DNA of 59,948 nucleotides, filler included, from Globobulimina sp. (Eukaryota): NCBI GenBank assembly GCA_003354225.1. It is 10 parts of 10 records of this genome, joined end to end, with 100 filler letters (N's around TTAATTAATTAA, not from the genome) between each part and the next. Parts side by side here need not be neighbours in the genome. Positions count along the whole stretch, not along the records: positions 54,054 to 59,948 come from PIVH01000410.1; 9 more parts are not named here. One strand, 5' to 3'. Shown piece by piece: positions 56,200 to 59,948 of this stretch (position 1 is its first letter; each line of letters starts with the position of its first letter). The notes under the pieces were generated by a model. It saw only the letters and a program-made list of their open reading frames with translations, ran no database searches and was not told where the DNA came from. The position numbers and the translations under genes were made by a program.

Positions 56200-57309
56200 A
56201 TGGGCAATCTCAATTCACGTATGTTGAATTGGTCAGGAGGCAGCCTTGAAGATGACAAGAGCGGTGACCCTGGTTTCAAAAAGAAATATAAATTAGGAGT
56301 GTATATTGCATCTGGTACTTTCGCGACGGTCAGACAATGCGTCAGAATCGCCGATGGAAAACACTTTGCAGTCAAAATGGTGGAAAAAAGTGGTTGCACT
56401 CGCAATGAATTATCACTTCTTCGCGATGAAATTGCTATTTATTCGGCACTCAAACATCAACACATTATTACTCTCGAAGATGTCATTGAAAATGGCCAAA
56501 CCGTCCATATGGTTCTTGAACTCTGCAACGATAAAACTTTGAGTGATATTCGCCTTTCTTCTCCAAACAGCAGATTGAAAGAATCGCACTGTGCTCATAT
56601 TGCGCAAATTATCGCGCAAACATTAAAATACATCCACGCTAAAAAAATTGTGCACCGTGACCTCAAGCCCGAAAATATATTATTTAACAAGGAAAATGTG
56701 CTCAAAATAACAGATTTTGGGTCCGCATTTACTGGAGCAAATAGGTCGAAATATTTAAATCGCAGCTTTTCGAGAATGCCCTCGTTTCGTATGGACACAG
56801 TGATTGGTACTCCAAATTATGTGGCACCTGAAATACTAAAAGGTGATGCATATTCATATAGAGTGGATTTATGGTCATTGGGTGTCATTTTGTTTGAATG
56901 TCTTTCTGGTTTTCACCCATTTTCAACTCGGAAATCTAGGAAATCCATTGGCAGATTGTATGCGGCCATCATTGCTGGACAATATAATATGGGAACGATA
57001 TGGAAGTCGATGGATGAGGATGCTACAGATTTGGTTAAGAAGTTAATTATTGTTGACCCCAAACAGCGCATCAACGTCGATGAGTTGTTACTGCATTCAT
57101 TTATAACTAAACATGCTGAAACTAATGGATTTGGAATAAAAACGGAAAAACAATCTGATATTCAAAGTGTTGTTGAGGACATTCATATGGATGAGAAAAA
57201 TGATAATGAATGTGAACAAACTATCAAAATAATCAAAGTCAAATCAAAATCACCATCCACTGGTTGTTCAAATACTAGCGGAAGAACCCAGGTCGACAAA
57301 TCCATTTGA
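56200..57309 (+). CDS. Ser/Thr protein kinase, CAMK group; possible N-myristoylation
   Basis: ASGTFATV, FAVK, HRDLKPEN, DFG, GTPNYVAPE, DLWSLGV; starts MGNLNS. Confidence 0.92.
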   Translation: MGNLNSRMLNWSGGSLEDDKSGDPGFKKKYKLGVYIASGTFATVRQCVRIADGKHFAVKMVEKSGCTRNELSLLRDEIAIYSALKHQHIITLEDVIENGQTVHMVLELCNDKTLSDIRLSSPNSRLKESHCAHIAQIIAQTLKYIHAKKIVHRDLKPENILFNKENVLKITDFGSAFTGANRSKYLNRSFSRMPSFRMDTVIGTPNYVAPEILKGDAYSYRVDLWSLGVILFECLSGFHPFSTRKSRKSIGRLYAAIIAGQYNMGTIWKSMDEDATDLVKKLIIVDPKQRINVDELLLHSFITKHAETNGFGIKTEKQSDIQSVVEDIHMDEKNDNECEQTIKIIKVKSKSPSTGCSNTSGRTQVDKSI

Positions 57310-57647
57310 TACTTATCACAAAGATAATTATTAAAATGTTTTAATATCATAATTTTTATTAATTATACATTTTTTTTTTATATACTCCGTATATATGTTT
57401 TTTCGATTTAAATATATATATATATGACTCTATGAAAATCGGTCCAATTAAATTAACGACTCGATATCAACTATATACGCTGACACCGAAACTGCAGCAT
57501 TTTAGACCTCTGACATTGAAAAGGATTTTCTGTTGGCATTTTTGCTTTATCAAAAATGAAAGAATGCAGTCGCTATGCAGCTGATTTGTGCATCTACAAA
57601 CGCAAAAACGCAAACAATTGCTGCAATCTCCGATAGTACAAAGTATC

Positions 57648-59022
57648 ATGAATCGGAATTGCAATCAGAAGCAAAGAGCCATACAAACAATATATCCAAC
57701 ACGACTGATAGATGCAGCAGTAAATGTATGTACTGATGCACCAGAAATGTTAGGAAAACGAATTAAAAAAGACGGTATACAATTAGTCCCAGTTGTTTTT
57801 ACACCAATCGCCAGACGGATTGTAATTGTAATACCAAACGGATTTGTAGGTTTGGTGAATAGATGGGGCAAATATGTAGGACAATATGGTGCAGGATATA
57901 AGATTGCCCCGCCATGGACCACTATATCACACTTAATACCAAGACAGTTTATTATTTATGATACGCCTGTTAAAGAGTGCCCGACCAGGGATAATGTGAT
58001 GGTCACTATCGATGTCACGCTGGTGTTGAGAATACGAACTGAGGATGAAAAATCATGTTACAATTTTTGTTATAAATTAGGACCACGTGGTTTGGATGAA
58101 ATGTTAAAAGCGTTCCAAGAGGAAGCAATAAGAGGAATGGTGAGAGCACGGAAATACAATGAAATTTATGATTTAATTAACTCGCAACAAGATAAACAAT
58201 TTGAAAAGTTGAGGAGAGAGTTAAATGATCATTTTCATCAATTCGGTGTTACGATCAGTTGTATCTCCGTTAAGAATGTCCATCTTCCAAAAACATTTGC
58301 AGACAACATGCAACAAACAACAATATGGAAATCCAGGAATGAATATCAAAGTTTAAAGCAAAAATACGAAATCAGAGTTAAGTTGACATCATTTTTGTAC
58401 TTACTCTTTTTTGAATAATGTTTTTGTGTCACTGTTGCTGTTTTTTTTTCAGAAAATTGAGATTCGTGAAAACGAATTGGACGAAAAATCAAACACAACT
58501 GAGAACTTGGATCAATTTACAGTAGAAAAAGAAACTGAGCTTGCTGCATTATTGAAAAAGAAGAAATTAGTTTTAGCTCAAACTGATAAACAATTGGCGC
58601 AAATTAAAGAGCAACAAGATGCTGACGCATTGCATATAAAATCAAATTCCAATTTGGTTGTAGCAGAATTGAATAAAAAAGCGGATATTCAAACGTCAAA
58701 GATTCAAAGTATTGGAATATCAGAAGCAGAAACAATTAAAATTGAATCAGGAGTATATATTCAAACGCAAAGAGCAAAGGCACAGACTCAAATTGCAGGT
58801 AATAACGCTATCGGTTTGGAGATTGAAGCAAATGCGGAGAAATATGCATGTAATGAATTAATTGCAAAGAGATTGTATAAAAAGAAGATGAGATCGATAC
58901 AAATGTTAAACGGATTATGTACAAATGATAATGTTGCTATTTCTGGAAATAGTAAAGATAACATAACAGCTCAGTTGGTAGCAAATCAGAGAGGTTGTTC
59001 TGTTTTATGTGTGGATCAATAA
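57648..59022 (+). CDS. SPFH/band-7 (stomatin-like) protein; intron 58377-58452
   Basis: VIPNGFVGLVNRWGKY...GYK..PPW, ECPTRDNVMVTID, FGVTI...V.NV.LP, then a coiled coil; a phase-0 76-nt GT-AG intron joins the frames. Start codon uncertain. Confidence 0.85.
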
Positions 59023-59423
59023 TTATTGTCAGTAAAAAATACTTTTGCTCATGAAGTAAATGTCCGTCTCATGTTCTAGTCTTGCTTACAAACTGCAAAT
59101 AACGACAGTAGGTATTATAAAATGCAAACAAACAAACATGTTCTGAGCTGCAATCTTTTGCTGCGAATAAAATTGTCAAAAAGGATTTTCAGTTTCAGTA
59201 GCAACGAAACATTTTAATAATGAAACATGTTTTGGCAATTAATGCATATGATAATGCTTCTCCAAATGCAACACCAACAGCGAAACAGACAACAGATCAA
59301 CAAACAACTAAATATTATCGCAAAATTGTTTTTCTTTTCAACATCCAGCTGCAGCCACAATATCATGAACCACGCAAAAACGCATTTATTTGAATCGGCG
59401 TTAAACGAATTTTCAATTTAAAA

Positions 59424-59948
59424 ATGTCTGCAAAATTAACAAAAATGGAAAAAGCTCAAACGATTTTGGGACAAGATTGGGACAAGATTTTGGAACATAA
59501 TCTCAGAGAAACAGAAGATTGGGACAAGTTTTGGGCTACTACCAAATTGCAAATCGATTCGAGAATCAAAAGAACCAAGAAACACAAAGATAACACACAT
59601 TCACATTGCTGCAATTGCAAATTGAAATGCTTTCTGATCTCATTCCTGTTGCTTTTATTAGTAATCATATTAATTACTTGTTTGCTGCATACGCATAAAA
59701 ATAACACACCTGCACAGTCCGCCGCAGGTATGGAATATCTCTATTTTGTTTACCTTCGCACACTGAAAACAAAAACAAAGCAGCTCCAAATCCAACTTAT
59801 AACTATCAATGGCAGTATCGCGATGCGGGTGGAATATGGACAGATTATGATCCACTGATAAACACAGCAATGAACCAGCTCGCGATCGGTGGGGTTTATT
59901 CTTTCCAAGTGTCAGCTGGCCAGGATTATGAAATAAAAAAAGACACTC
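59424..59948 (+). CDS. Single-TM protein followed by a WWE-like domain, 3'-truncated; intron 59728-59783
   Basis: TM FLISFLLLLLVIILITCLL; splicing GCAG|GTATGG...GCAG|CT gives APNPTYNYQWQYRDAGGIWTDYDPLINTAMNQL...YSFQVSAGQDYEIKK. Confidence 0.55.

Overview
This is AT-rich eukaryotic genomic DNA, not one locus. It is ten unrelated ~5.9 kb contigs in descending length order, joined by artificial 100-nt linkers (N44-TTAATTAATTAA-N44): 1-5917, 6018-11934, 12035-17950, 18051-23958, 24059-29965, 30066-35963, 36064-41960, 42061-47957, 48058-53953 and 54054-59948. Genes use the standard code and mostly short (55-200 nt) GT-AG introns. A divergent alpha-tubulin resembling the retarian alpha2 type points to a foraminiferan (inference from recalled sequences). 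Recognisable content: N-terminal midasin, an APE-RT-RNase H non-LTR retrotransposon, a CAMK-group kinase, an SPFH protein, a DOMON protein, Cys-rich surface proteins, and multi-TM and coiled-coil proteins. Most notable: (i) contig 7 has an exact 119-nt terminal direct repeat, and an intron-containing actinoporin-like gene is complete only when the contig is closed into a 5,778-bp circle or tandem unit; (ii) unusual architectures: 2xCAP-Gly+Ras-like GTPase, SAP-UBL-UBL-mono-ART, TM-WWE, and a tandem His-Me-like nuclease with a possible mitochondrial presequence; (iii) a LINE with an extra TM-encoding ORF between ORF1 and ORF2; (iv) head-to-head gene pairs only 25-107 bp apart; (v) chimeric or internally deleted gene copies that may be real or amplification artefacts. 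All family calls are by motif recognition; no searches were run.
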